A DNA stretch of 63,558 bases, the filler included, from Octopus bimaculoides (lineage: Eukaryota), in assembly GCF_001194135.2 (NCBI RefSeq). It is 7 parts of 7 records of this genome, joined end to end, with 100 filler letters (N's around TTAATTAATTAA, not from the genome) between each part and the next. Parts side by side here need not be neighbours in the genome. Positions count along the whole stretch, not along the records: positions 8,184 to 30,694 come from NC_068982.1; positions 30,795 to 38,509 come from NW_026373375.1; 5 more parts are not named here. One strand, written 5' to 3'. The notes beneath the pieces are model-generated. The model saw nothing but the letters and a program-made list of their open reading frames with translations, did no database searches and had not been told where the DNA came from. How positions within the stretch are numbered: the first letter of the stretch is position 1; each line of letters opens with the position of its first letter. The position numbers and the translations under genes were made by a program. This document shows positions 24,235 to 36,479 of the stretch, piece after piece.

Positions 24235-24487
24235 AGGATAAAAATCAGACCAAAGAAATTGAATGACGCATGCAGTTAGGATGGGCAGCCTTTGGTAAAC
24301 TGATTCATATCATGAGTAGTGTGCCTAAAAGGAAAGGTCTTCAACCAGTGTGAGCTGAGCAGAATTACGTATGCATGAGAAACATGGATTACCATCAAGA
24401 GCATTGAAAATATATGAAGACCAACACAAAGAGCCATGGAAAGGAGAGTGCTAAAGATTAAGAAAATGGATAAGAATAGCAACAGGT

Positions 24488-24600
24488 TTAACCCTTTCGT
24501 TACTATATTTCTGACCAAAATACATCCCTCATGAGTTTCAATTAAATTCTAAAATAATCATGAATTTAGACTAGTCTCATTAAACACCTGTAACTTTTTT
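24488..24600. mobile_element. Truncated related TTAA-CCC MITE
   Basis: ttaaccctttcgttactatatttctg left end; no right TIR seen. Confidence 0.65.
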
Positions 24601-26127
24601 ATCTAGAAAATAAAAATGCTGAAGTGGTCTTTCATAAGACATGTTTAGAAAACAGGATAATGGATGGAATAGCAAACTGATGGAGTGGACACCATGTACA
24701 GAGAAAAGAACGAGAGTAAGACTATGCAGGACTTGGAATGAAGACTTTGTTCAGTTGCTCAGCACCCAAACATGGATAAAGAAAATATTAGGCCATGGTT
24801 GGTGGAGGGAACACACTGAGGCCTTTGTCTTTACTAAATGTTACAAATTTTAATCAAACATTCAAATGTCTCAGTGGTTTAGAGCAGCTGATAAACCACC
24901 CTTTTTCATGCCTCTTGATTCATCTCTTGATATCAATTTATTTCTTGAGGTAGAATTTCTTTCAGATATTTATATTGAGTTTGCATTCCATTGATTTCAT
25001 CTTTGCTGCTTTTCATCCTTTCAAAATCAATAAAACAAAGTATCAGTCAAGTGCTGGGGTTCATAAAATCAATTATACCCCTACCCCACACCCCTCTGAA
25101 GCTTTGTGTCTACATTGGAAGTCAAAATTAATTTACATTTAAACATACAATTTAAAGCTATGGACATCAGCAAATGTCTTGACCATCTTTGCTCTATACT
25201 AACAAATTTTTATTAGCCTATTACACTAAAAATAGTTCCATGGTGCCTGAGAGAGAGAGAGAGCACAAGAATGTGAGTCAGTATTTGGATTTACATACAT
25301 AAAGAATCTACTCATTTAGAATCATGTGTTTTCATAAACTTCATCGATTGATTGCTTTTAATGAAACACTGGGATTAACATTAAAGAATGGAGAGGACGT
25401 GATACAGTCGAGCGAATTAATTCCAGCTCATTATTAGTATTTAGTTTATCAACTTTAAATAGATGAAAAGGAATATCAAAACCGAAAAGACCTAATTGAA
25501 TATTGTAATGCATTTAATCAGTATTCTCTTGTTTCTGCCGAGTCATTGCCCTCTTAATTTCTTATGATTCATTCAGAATTTTAAGTGGTGAGAGGCAACA
25601 AAATAGAAAGTGACAGACATTGAGATAAAGATAAGAATATATTATAAGGAAATTAGAATTGAAGAGTGAATTGGTCAATGTACACACTACATGTGTGAAG
25701 TGATTCTTTTAACTGAACAGTTTTGACAAGACACAAACCCAGAAGGTTTAGGGAAACCAGATGGTGTAACATCCACGGTTTTTCGAAAAACATTAAAAGA
25801 GGCATTAAATAGCTTTAAATGAGAATGGAAGCTGAATCCTAGCTCCATCTCAACTCAGAGCTTGCTTATTTCTTGGTTTCCATGACTTCGACATTCAACT
25901 TAGCCCAGGATTCAATTCCACTGCATGGTACCTCAGACAATTAGTACTTCTCGTACTAACGAGTCTGATCTCACAACCTTGAACCTCTTGGAGATGACAA
26001 GGGACCAGGATGACTGACAATATACATTTCTTGAGAAGACTCACCCAACTCTGGGGACTAAATTTTGGAAGTGGTCTGCATGTTTGTATACATACATACA
26101 CATCTATAGACGTGTGTGTATATACAC

Positions 26128-26501
26128 ACACTCCGTTGGTTACACCGACGAGAGTTCCAGTTGATCCGATCAACGGAACAGCCTGCTTGTGAAATTAACG
26201 TGCAAGTGGCTGAGCACTCCACAGACACATGTACCCTTAATGTAGTTCTCATGGAGATTCAGCATGACAAAGAATGTGACAAGGCTGACCCTTTGAATTA
26301 CAGGTACAACAGAAACATGCAGTAAGAGTGAGAGAAAGTTGTGGTGAAAGAATACAGCAGGGTTCGCCACCATCCCCTCCCAGAGCCTCGTGGAGCTTTA
26401 AGTGTTTTCGCTCAATAAACACTCACAACGCCCAGTATGGGAATCAAAACCGCGATTCCACGACTGCAAGTTCACTGCCCTAACCACTGGGCCATTGCAC
26501 T
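26128..26501 (-). mobile_element. tRNA SINE: family-C head joined to the tail shared with 9689-10007
   Basis: Reverse-complement head caatggcccagtggttagggcagtgaact...ggttttgattccc; tail gtggctgagcactccacaga. Confidence 0.8.
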
Positions 26502-26989
26502 CTACACACACACGCACACGCACGATAAACTCTCCCGTTGTTAGACGACATATCAGGGTTCGACGATTTCTTACATATACAGGAGGCCAAGTTTTGTAAG
26601 TGAGCCCTAAACTTTTGAGAGAGAGAGAGAAAAACTATTAAAGGGGGTAGGAATATATCAGATAACATAAAGGGGAAATTAAATATAGAACATAAAGTAA
26701 TGAATGTACACACACACACACACACATGATGGCTTTCACAGAGTTACTATCTATTCAATTTCTTTCTCAGAACTTAAGTTGATATGATTCTGTAGTGATA
26801 GAAGATTTGGCCTGATGGAATCAAACTTGAAATCATGGAGTCGAAGTAACATTCTTAACCACATGATATAATATGCAGTAATATTTCCATACAGTTGTAT
26901 GCATAAATAAATATATGCAGATATGCATATTACACCATGTAATATGTATCTTTCCTGTACATTAGGAAATGCACTGTAGCTGTTAAGTG

Positions 26990-27110
26990 CAAATGCAATA
27001 CAGCTGTAAGCCAACGAATCAGATGGGTTGGCCATGTAGCATGTTTAACAAAATCGTCATTAACCAAATAAATTCTCTACAGGGAAATATCAGGTTGATA
27101 AATAAGGCAT
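26990..27110 (+). pseudogene. Small RTE ORF C-terminal relic
   Basis: SQRIRWVGHVACLTKSSLTK*ILYREISG resembles the RTE LRWxGHVxR..LPKxILY motif. Confidence 0.5.
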
Positions 27111-27786
27111 TGCTATTCTTCGACAGCAAACTTACAGAAAAGGAGAATAAATAGAAAATGTTAGAATTCTTTATTATTAAACTAGAATTCCTGGAGACGA
27201 CTATATTTCACTAGAAATAAAATTTTCTCTGGGAATCGGATATAATTATCCCCAGGAATTGGAAATAATTGTCCCTAGAATTGGATATGAAATGAATAAA
27301 TGCAGTGTTGAGGCATTCTTCTGAATCAGTGAAAAACAGCGCAGGCATGATCTTCATACAAATTTCTTGTATGGTGGGAAAGTAGGAGAAAACAAGTTCA
27401 CCAACAGATAACGTGAAAAAGAGCAGTGGGGAAAATAGAGAGAGAGAGAAGAACAGGATGAAAAGAAAGAGGGGGGAGACAGAGAGAAAAGAAAAAAAGT
27501 GTAAAGACAATACATTTACACTTGGTGCCTTAAGAACAAGCTCATAATTGACTTCAACATATGCAAAGGAATGTCAGTGACCTGGTTGCAAATGTGAGGC
27601 AAAAGACATTGATACATTATGCTTTGTGTATTCTAATAATGTCTCTCCTGATTCTAAGGTAACGAACGAATGCCATTGGTTCAGCTCCAAGTTGTGATCT
27701 CATAAAATCGTTTGTGTAACCAGTTCAACTGAAGAAATAGATGTGTGTGTGTGTGCGAGCATGTATGTGTATAATATATGTGTTAT

Positions 27787-27966
27787 CTTCATCATTTTGT
27801 GTCCATTGTCCATGCTGGCATGGGTTGGATGATTTGACCAGGGCTGGTAAACTGGAAGGCTGCACCAGGCTCCAGTCTGATTTGGAATGGTTTCTACAGC
27901 TGCATCCCTTTCCTAATGCCAACCACTCCGAGAGTGTAATGGGTGCTTGTATGTGCCACCAGCATG
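27787..27966 (-). mobile_element. RTE LINE 3' tail
   Basis: ccatgctggcatgggttgga...cttcctaatgccaaccactc is the reverse complement of the family tail. Confidence 0.85.
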
Positions 27967-28439
27967 GATGTCAGTTCGCATGACCCCAACATCTTTCACG
28001 ATTTTTGCACCTCCAGTATATCTTCAGTCCATCTGCATTCTGCTTATTTTTTGTGTGTATATAATTTTCTTGATCGACCAAATTGATTTTTCCTTTCTCT
28101 GAAGTTATGATCCTGCAGGTAGTTATGTTGATAGGTAGGCATATTGAATAAATTTAATTCGATTTGCTTGAAAATTTTTGTTCGTAAACTGTTCAGCTCA
28201 GATACTTGAGAGAGAGAGCGAGCGGGGGTTAAAGAAAGGTAAAAAAAATATCTAAAACTGTCCAACCACAATTTTAATTCTGAAGTGATTGTTCTAAACT
28301 TTCCCTTGAAAATCACATTTCAGAGTATTTGGGGACAAAGTTGTCAGTGATGAATTGATCTACAATGAATTGACCAGGGACAAATTAACTGATGATGAAA
28401 TAACTGGGTTCGAATTGTCCTAGCAGCTTCTCTAGCACA

Positions 28440-28630
28440 GCCTATTACCAAAGGTCTCAGTCATTTGTCCTTGCCTCCGTGAGGCCCAACACTCAAAAGG
28501 TGCTTTTTACATGCTACCAGTACAGGTGCCAGTTACGTGACACCGGCATCGGCTACACTGCCTCTGTGGGGCCCAACACTTGTAAGGTGTTTTTTATGTG
28601 ACACCAACATTGGCCACAACTATGATTTCA
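28440..28630 (-). mobile_element. Fragment of the RTE 3' UTR subrepeat region
   Basis: ggtgctttttacatgctaccag and related units. Confidence 0.55.
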
Positions 28631-28804
28631 CAAGATAACTATTGGCTAGAGGTGGCAGCACTAGGCCTTGTTTAGGTATACCCTTTTAAAGTGACACACA
28701 TACTGATCTCATAAGAAGATAAACAATTAGTTTTAAATCTATGAGTGAGAAATAAGTCGTAGCAGTACTACAGAGTAAAGTCTATTTGCCAACGTACAGT
28801 GGCA

Positions 28805-29115
28805 GTCCTGATTAGGACAGTGTTACTGCCTTTTTTTAGCCCCAGGAAAACATCTTTCCAAGCTGGCTATTGATGCACAACTGTGTCTTTATACCTCGAA
28901 CAAAGGAGCTAATATCCCCACCCAGCTTTAAACGATACCGGCTGTTCAATGGTTTCTGGGTATTTCCCTTCATGGGTACAAGATAACCATTGGCTTGAGA
29001 TGGGGAATTAGCTCCTTTGTTCGAGATATAAGGATGCAGTTGTGCATTGATAGCCAGCTGGAAAAGATGTTTTCCTGGGGCTAAAAAATGGCAGCAACAT
29101 TGTCCTGATCAGGAC
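28805..29115. mobile_element. MITE with ~115-bp terminal inverted repeats
   Basis: 28805-28920 is the reverse complement of 29001-29115; 80-bp spacer; no clear TSD. Confidence 0.9.
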
Positions 29116-30460
29116 AGCAGAATTTTAATTTTAAGTACTTTTTAGTTTCCATTAGAGCTGACGTATTAGGCAAATTCTACTGTAGAAATCTTGTTCTGTA
29201 CTTTTACAATTGTAATAACTTAAGAATATTAACATGCATTCGCCCACATTTTTCATTGTAATGCAATAAAACTAATAAATATTCTTTTGTTAAAAAATAT
29301 TTAAATTATTTAACATTGTTGATGATTGAATGAAAATAAGAATTTTATGTTGTATTTTTTTAATTTTCGCATATGTTTTCATAAATTCTGAAAATAAGAC
29401 AAAATTATCTGGACAGGGTTTCGTTGCATTGGCTAATATAAAATGGGTTTTAAAAAAATGCAAACCCAATGAATCCACCGTAAGGCACAAGGAGCCACTT
29501 GCCCTTTTGCTTTTTCTGAACAGCATTACTAGAACCCTTCAGGTTTGCCAATTGAAAGAAAGAAGCTATAATAATTAAATTTTGAGGAATAACATTTTTT
29601 AAAATGAAGTTTTCATATATATGCTAAAATTCCATATTACAATCTAATTTTCATAAACCAATTTAAAGCTCCAATTTCTATAAATAAAATATAATCCACT
29701 TTCAATAAACTAATTTCAAGCTCATCTATAAAAAATACCAAAAAATTTTTTTAATTTACTTTTTAAAAATTTTTTTAAAGATTTTTCTTTTTAAATTCAT
29801 GAGCAATATCTATATTTAATTTTTGGTTTAAAGCTGTAATTTTTTAGGTTTCAATTTTTATGGAATTGAAAATATGAATTTTTTCTATTCTTCTATATTT
29901 GTTTTGATTTTTCTTCTTCATTCAATTCAATACCCCCCTCCCTATATTATTCATTTTTTTTCTTCATTATTATTAGTATGTTCTGTAGTCAAAGAACATG
30001 AGAAGCTTGAAAATTAAAGCATGCAAGAGATATTTATTATAAATAAATGAGTGTATGCTTTGTGTTAATTAAATGAAACCTTCTTGTATATTTATTTCCT
30101 TTAAAATTCATAATTTTTTACGATAATGAGAAGTGTAATTGTAAAAAATATTAGATCCTATATCTTCACTGTATGGAAATAATTTTATATTGAAACAAAG
30201 TGCATAATACAAACATGCCAAAAATGAAAGTGCAAAAATTCATTATGAAAAATAATTTTCTATATAATAGTGAATATTAATGTAATACTAATTTTATTAT
30301 ACAATCAAGAAATAAATTAGTTATATCTATATATAGTAAGAAGAGAATTTGATCATATGAATAGTAAAGCCAAGGCTAATATAGAATTTTTTTAAATGCA
30401 AAAATAGCCGATGCATCCGCTGTGAAGCAAGAGGTCAAAGTTAATTTGTTAGTCGAAATT

Positions 30461-30694
30461 CATCATCATCATCATCATCATCGTTTAACGTCCGCTTTCC
30501 ATGCTAGCATGGGTTGGACGATTTGACTGAGGACTGGTGAAACCGGATGGCAACACCAGGCTCCAGTCTGATTTGGCAGAGTTTCTACAGCTGGATGCCC
30601 TTCCTAACGCCAACCACTCAGAGAGTGTAGTGGGTGCTTTTACGTGTCACCCGCACGAAAACGGCCACGCTCGAAATGGTGTCTTTTATGTGCC
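30461..30694 (-). mobile_element. Young RTE LINE 3' end with (GAT)n tail, cut by a gap
   Basis: (cat)n cgtttaacgtccgctttccatgctagcatgggttggacg; CpGs retained. Confidence 0.9.
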
Positions 30695-31049
30695 NNNNNN
30701 NNNNNNNNNNNNNNNNNNNNNNNNNNNNNNNNNNNNNNTTAATTAATTAANNNNNNNNNNNNNNNNNNNNNNNNNNNNNNNNNNNNNNNNNNNNAAACAT
30801 ATGAAAGCGAGCCAAATACGAAATGATGAGGTAACTCACGAGCAAAGATGTTACATGGTCAGTGACCGTTCGAAACGTTTGTTTACATAGAGATAAAAAG
30901 GGATCAATGATATTATTCCATGGGCTTTAGGAATAAGAACCCTTGTTTACATAGAGATATAAAGGGAGGAGGTTGTAAACGTGATGCTAAAGGTTTAAAT
31001 TGAATGAATGATTGAAATGTGGGGAGGAAAATTGCTGAGTCAAAAAGTG

Positions 31050-31552
31050 GAGGAAGGGAGATAACTAAATTGTTATAGTTACCTCCCTTAGAATAAAAAT
31101 TATATTTTTGAATTCAAAAATATAATTCACATTCTAAGGGAGATAACTATAACGATTTACATTTATGAATGTTCCAAGACGTCTTTTCAAATTACCTCCC
31201 TTAAAGGTGAAAAAGGACAAATCTTGCAATGACTTTAAAATAGCAAGCGTTTAAGTATTATCTCCTTTTAACACCATGGAGATAACGGCATAATTGTACC
31301 CTAAGCATTTTGGAAGGTCATAACATTGAGAAAAATGAATATTTTTTATTGAAATTTTCTCCACAAATATTATTTATTATGGAGATTCTGTATATACACA
31401 AATGTCCAGTGAAAGTGTTTTGGAATAGGGGTAGGGGACAGTATAGACGGCTATATTAGAAGACACCTGCCCAAGGTGCCACACAGTGAGACTGAACCCC
31501 CGGAACCATGTGGTTCTTAAGTAAGCGACTTAACACACAGCCACTCCTACAC
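31050..31552. mobile_element. Foldback element copy 1 (centre plus right arm plus SINE head)
   Basis: Hairpin centre tttttgaattcaaaaa near 31110; right arm colinear with 32848-33281. Confidence 0.85.
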
Positions 31553-31900
31553 CTACATATACATATATATATATATATAAGACGGGCTTCTTTCTGTTTC
31601 CGTCTACCAAATCCACTCACATGGCTTTGGTCGGCCCCGAGGCTATAGTAGAAGACACTTGCCCAAGGTGCCACACAGTGGGACTGAACCCGGAACCATG
31701 TGGTTCNNNNNNNNNNAGAAGACACTTGCCCAAGGTGCCACACAGTGGGACTGAACCCGGAACCATGTGGTTCGTAAGCAAGCTACTTAACACACAGCCA
31801 CTCCTACATCTATATATATATATATATGAGGTGGAGTTGTATCAGTTTCCGTCTACCAAATCTTCTGACACGGCTTTGGTTGGCCCGAGGCTACCGTTGA
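31453..31900 (-). repeat. Tandem array of CORE-like SINE 5' halves
   Basis: About four head-to-tail units separated by (TA)n. Confidence 0.85.
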
Positions 31901-32418
31901 AAACACTTGCCCTACAAATATCGCCCCGATCCAGGCACATTTGCCGTACCTGCACACGAGCGATTATCACATTTTCTTGGTGGACAGCCATGCACTTAAT
32001 ATGAGTGAGGACTGTTCGCTCATCTCTGGAGGCCAACGCACCGAACATCCATGTGGCATCTATTCTGAGGATCTCGTTGCAGCATTCGAGAAGCTCAAAG
32101 ACTACGCCGTTACACCTATGTCCAATGGCTTGTTTCTAGTCTGAACATCTCAACTGAAAATAAGCCCACTCTTCGCTAGACCCAGCTGTGAGAAGACGGA
32201 GTGGCGGACCTTCTCGGATGAGACTTTTATAGTAGTTGCCTGTTGCCAGGTATTCCAATGGGCCGTGACGTCTACAAAGCAAAGCAAGGGTTACAGGCAA
32301 AAGATGATCAACAAATAAAATTGTAATTTCTAGTGGAAGGAGGATCCTCAAATTCGCAAACATTACGGTAGAGAAAGCACTGACAGACAATAGACACAGT
32401 TCTGCTTCCTATTGTCAC

Positions 32419-33281
32419 AGGAGTGGCTGTGTGGTAAGTAGCTTGCTTACGAACCACATGGTTCCGGGGGTTTAGTCTCGCTGTGTGGCACCTTGGGCAG
32501 GTGTCCTTTAATATAGCCGTTTATTCTGTCCCCCCACGCCCATTCCACAACACTTTCACCGAAATCTTTTGTATATTCAGAATCTCCATAATAAATAATA
32601 TTTGCATAGAAAATTTCATTAAAAAATATTCATTTTTCTCGAAGTTATGACCTTCCAAATTCCTTAGGGTACAATTATGCTATTATCTATATGGTTTTAA
32701 AGGGAGTTAATACATGCTATTTTAAAGTATTTGCAAGAGTTATCCTTCTTGTCTTGTAAGGGAGGTAATTGGAAAAGACGACTTGGAAATTTCCCAAAGC
32801 TAAATTGTTATATTTGCCTCCCTTCGATAAAAAATTATGTTTTTGAATTCAAAAATGTAATTTACATTGTAAGGGAGATAACTATAACGATTTACATTTA
32901 TAAACGTTCCAAGACATTTTTTTCCAATTACTTCCCTTACAGGACAAGAACGACAACTCTCGTAATGACTTTAAAATAGCAAGCGTTTAAGTATTATTTC
33001 CCTCTAAAACCATGGAGATAACGGCATAATTGTACCCTAAGGATTTTGGAAGGTCATAACTTTGAGAAAAATGAATTTTATTTAATGAAATTTTCTATGC
33101 AAATACTATTTATTATGGAGATTCTGGATATACACANNNNNNNNNNAGCGTCTTGGAATAGGGGTCGACGGACAGTATAATCGGCTATATTAGAAGACAC
33201 CTGCCCAAGTTGCCACACAGTGAGACTGAACCCCGGAACCATGTGGTTCGTAAGCAAGCGACTTAACACACAGCCACTCCT
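32419..33281. mobile_element. 863-bp palindromic foldback capped by inward-facing SINE heads
   Basis: Axis at GAATTC 32845-32850; arms of 429 and 434 bp are reverse-complement similar along their length. Confidence 0.9.
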
Positions 33282-33299
33282 TCTCTTATGCATATATAT

Positions 33300-33720
33300 A
33301 AAATGGGCCTCTTTCAGTTTCCGTCTACCAAATCCACCCACAAGGCTTTGGTCAGCCCCGAGGCTATAGTAGAAGACACTTGCCCAAGGTGTCACACAGT
33401 GGAACTGAACCCCCGGAATCATGTGGTTCGTAAGCAAGCTACTTAACACACAGCCACTCCTACACCTATATATATATATATATATATAAGACGGGCCTCT
33501 TTCAGTTTCCGTCTACCAAATCCACTCACAAGGCTTTGGTCGGCCCCGAGGCTATAGTAGAAGACACTTGCCCAAGGTGCCACACAGTGGGACTGAACCC
33601 CCGGAACTATATGCTTCGTAAGCAATCTACTTAACACAGAGCCACTCTTGCACCTATATATATATATATATATACGATGGGCTTCCTTTCAGTTTCCGTC
33701 TACCAAATCCACTGACAAGG
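33300..33720 (-). repeat. Second tandem array of SINE 5' halves
   Basis: Three further ~170-185-bp units. Confidence 0.85.
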
Positions 33721-33962
33721 CATTTTCTGAAAGTTATGACCTTGCAAAATCGGTGGGGTACAAAATTATACTTTTCAATTCAAAAACATAATTCACTGTC
33801 TCAGGGGAGGTAACTCTTGCCATGACTTTAAAATAACAAGCGTTTAAGTATTACCTCCCTTTGAAACCATGCAGATAACGGCAGAATCGTACCGCACCGA
33901 CTTTGGAAGGTCATAACTTTGAGAAAAATGAATATTTTTTAATAAAATTTTCTATGCAAATA
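33721..33962. mobile_element. Internally deleted foldback copy 3, cut by a gap
   Basis: aagttatgacc...ttcaattcaaaaac...ggaaggtcataactttgagaaaaatgaa. Confidence 0.75.
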
Positions 33963-34722
33963 NNNNNNNNNNNNNNNNNNNNNNNNNNNNNNNNNNNNNN
34001 NNNNNNNNNNNNNNNNNNNNNNNNNNNNNNNNNNNNNNNNNNNNNNNNNNNNNNNNNNNNNNNNNNNNNNNNNNNNNNNNNNNNNNNNNNNNNNNNNNNN
34101 NNNNNNNNNNNNNNNNNNNNNNNNNNNNNNNNNNNNNNNNNNNNNNNNNNNNNNNNNNNNNNNNNNNNNNNNNNNNNNNNNNNNNNNNNNNNNNNNNNNN
34201 NNNNNNNNNNNNNNNNNNNNNNNNNNNNNNNNNNNNNNNNNNNNNNNNNNNNNNNNNNNNNNNNNNNNNNNNNNNNNNNNNNNNNNNNNNNNNNNNNNNN
34301 NNNNNNNNNNNNNNNNNNNNNNNNNNNNNNNNNNNNNNNNNNNNNNNNNNNNNNNNNNNNNNNNNNNNNNNNNNNNNNNNNNNNNNNNNNNNNNNNNNNN
34401 NNNNNNNNNNNNNNNNNNNNNNNNNNNNNNNNNNNNNNNNNNNNNNNNNNNNNNNNNNNNNNNNNNNNNNNNNNNNNNNNNNNNNNNNNNNNNNNNNNNN
34501 NNNNNNNNNNNNNNNNNNNNNNNNNNNNNNNNNNNNNNNNNNNNNNNNNNNNNNNNNNNNNNNNNNNNNNNNNNNNNNNNNNNNNNNNNNNNNNNNNNNN
34601 NNNNNNNNNNNNNNNNNNNNNNNNNNNNNNNNNNNNNNNNNNNNNNNNNNNNNNNNNNNNNNNNNNNNNNNNNNNNNNNNNNNNNNNNNNNNNNNNNNNN
34701 NNNNNNNNNNNNNNNNNNNNNN

Positions 34723-35150
34723 AACGAGTCTCCAGCAGGGGATGGTGGCGAACCCTGCTGTACTCTTTCACCACAACTTTGTCCCTGTTTCTGTGGAGGC
34801 ACAATAGCCCAGTGGTTAGGGCAGTGGACTCGCGGTTTTCGATTCCCAGACCAGGGCGTAGTGAGTGTTTATTGAACGAAAACCCCTAAAGCTCCATGAG
34901 GCTCCAGCAGGGGATAGTGGCGAACCCTGCTGTACTCTTTCACCACAACTTTCTCCCTGCTTCTGTGGAGGCACAATGGCCCAGTGGTTAGGGCAGTGTA
35001 CTCGCGGTCATAAGATCGCGGTTTTCGAATCCCAGACCGGGGCGTTGTGAGTGTTTATTAAGCGAAAACCCCTAAAGCACCACGATGCTCCGACAGGGGA
35101 TAGTGGCGAACCCTGCTGTACTCTTTCACCACAACTTTCTCCCTGTTTCT
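34723..35150 (+). repeat. Tandem array of family-C SINE heads (~170-185-bp unit)
   Basis: Repeated tggcccagtggttagggcagtg...cgaaccctgctgtactctttcaccacaacttt. Confidence 0.88.
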
Positions 35151-35387
35151 GGCACCTTGGGCAAGTGTCTTCTACTATAGTCTCGGGCCGACCAAAGCCT
35201 TTTGAGTGGATTCGGTAGACGGAAACTGATAGAAGCCCATCTTATATATATATATAGGTGTAAGAGTGGCTGTGTGTTAAGTAGTTTCCTTGCGAACCAC
35301 ATGATTTCGGTTTCAGTCCCACTGTGTGGCACCTTGGGCAGGTGTCTTCTACTATAGCCGTTTATATTGTCACACAGTAGGACTAAA
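35151..35387 (+). mobile_element. CORE-like SINE halves; the last carries the foldback-arm junction
   Basis: tatagccgtttatattgtc at ~35355 resembles the left-arm junction tatagccgtttattctgtc at ~32512. Confidence 0.75.
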
Positions 35388-35539
35388 CNNNNNNNNNNNN
35401 NNNNNNNNNNNNNNNNNNNNNNNNNNNNNNNNNNNNNNNNNNNNNNNNNNNNNNNNNNNNNNNNNNNNNNNNNNNNNNNNNNNNNNNNNNNNNNNNNNNN
35501 NNNNNNNNNNNNNNNNNNNNNNNNNNNNNNNNNNNNNNN

Positions 35540-35897
35540 ATATGAGGGTCTTCTTTCAGTTTCTCTTTACCAAATCCACTCACAAGGCTTTGCTCGGCGC
35601 CGAGTCTATAGTAGAAGACACTTGCCCAAGGTGCCATGCAGTGGGACTGAACCCGGAATCATGTGGTTCGTAAGGAAACTACTTAACCACTGGGCCATTA
35701 TGCCTCCACAGAAGCAGGGATAAATTTGTGGTGAAAGAGTACAGCAGGGTTCGCCACCATCCCCTGCCAGAGCCTCGTGGAGCTTTAGGTGTTTTCGCTC
35801 AATAAACACTCACAACGCCCCGGTCTGGGAATCAAAACCACGACCCTATGACCGCGTGTCCACTGCTGCCCTAACCAGTGGGCCATTGTGCCCCCAC
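35540..35897 (-). mobile_element. Inverted counterpart: family-C unit plus a chimeric C/CORE head
   Basis: Reverse complement of the 34.8-35.3 kb units. Confidence 0.8.
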
Positions 35898-36479
35898 AAA
35901 CCCAACTTGAAACCATAATCAACACTCACAATAAACCTTCATCTTCAATACTGATCCTGTTTAATCTCTACCCTCCCCGTCACCGCAAAGCCTAACCCCT
36001 AGTTCAAACTTTGATCTCTTACCTAAATAATCTCTCTAAAAACTTTCACAAATCCCTAAGCTAACCCCTATTAGGGTCTAAAATCTGAAACCCCAATCCT
36101 AACAAGAAACTCTAACCCTAACCCTCAACGAAATAAGAAAAACTACTTACCTTTGGCAATTTACCCCCTATAATACAAAACATATGCAAACAACGAGAAA
36201 AATATCAAACAGGATTTACTATTCTAGTAGGGGATAAGACATGATTACAGAAAATAGGTGTGGGGAACAAATGGAAAGGGGTAGGGGAGAATTCGTCCAT
36301 ATTTGTAAGTGCATCCTTAGATTTCTAATGAAGTAATAGACTGTGAAGAGAAGCCTTCCTACGTCTATTCCTTTCTACCCCCTATCTCTACCTCTTCCTT
36401 TCTCGCTCTCGCCCTCTCAAACACATACACGTGCAAGTAAACACAATTATTCACTAAAATATAACTCATGTTCGTAATA

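Larger units (their letters stand above)
22020..24850 (+). pseudogene. Old RTE-clade LINE ORF2 (RT and C-terminus), interrupted by nested insertions
   Basis: ERVKEFYGNL, AGRDGIEIDMIK, EQGGFRR, FAEFEKAFDS, VRQRDTISPKLF, NHLRFSDDIVL, LGWAAFGKL, QRAMERR, LKWS, MEWTP motifs in order, with stops and frameshifts. Confidence 0.93.

Noticed and set aside
29330-29578. 82-aa ORF with a signal-peptide-like N-terminus
   Set aside because: The hydrophobic start is explained by AT-rich codons, and there is no other support.
34796-35060. tRNA genes
   Set aside because: These are A/B-box SINE heads without an acceptor stem or full cloverleaf.
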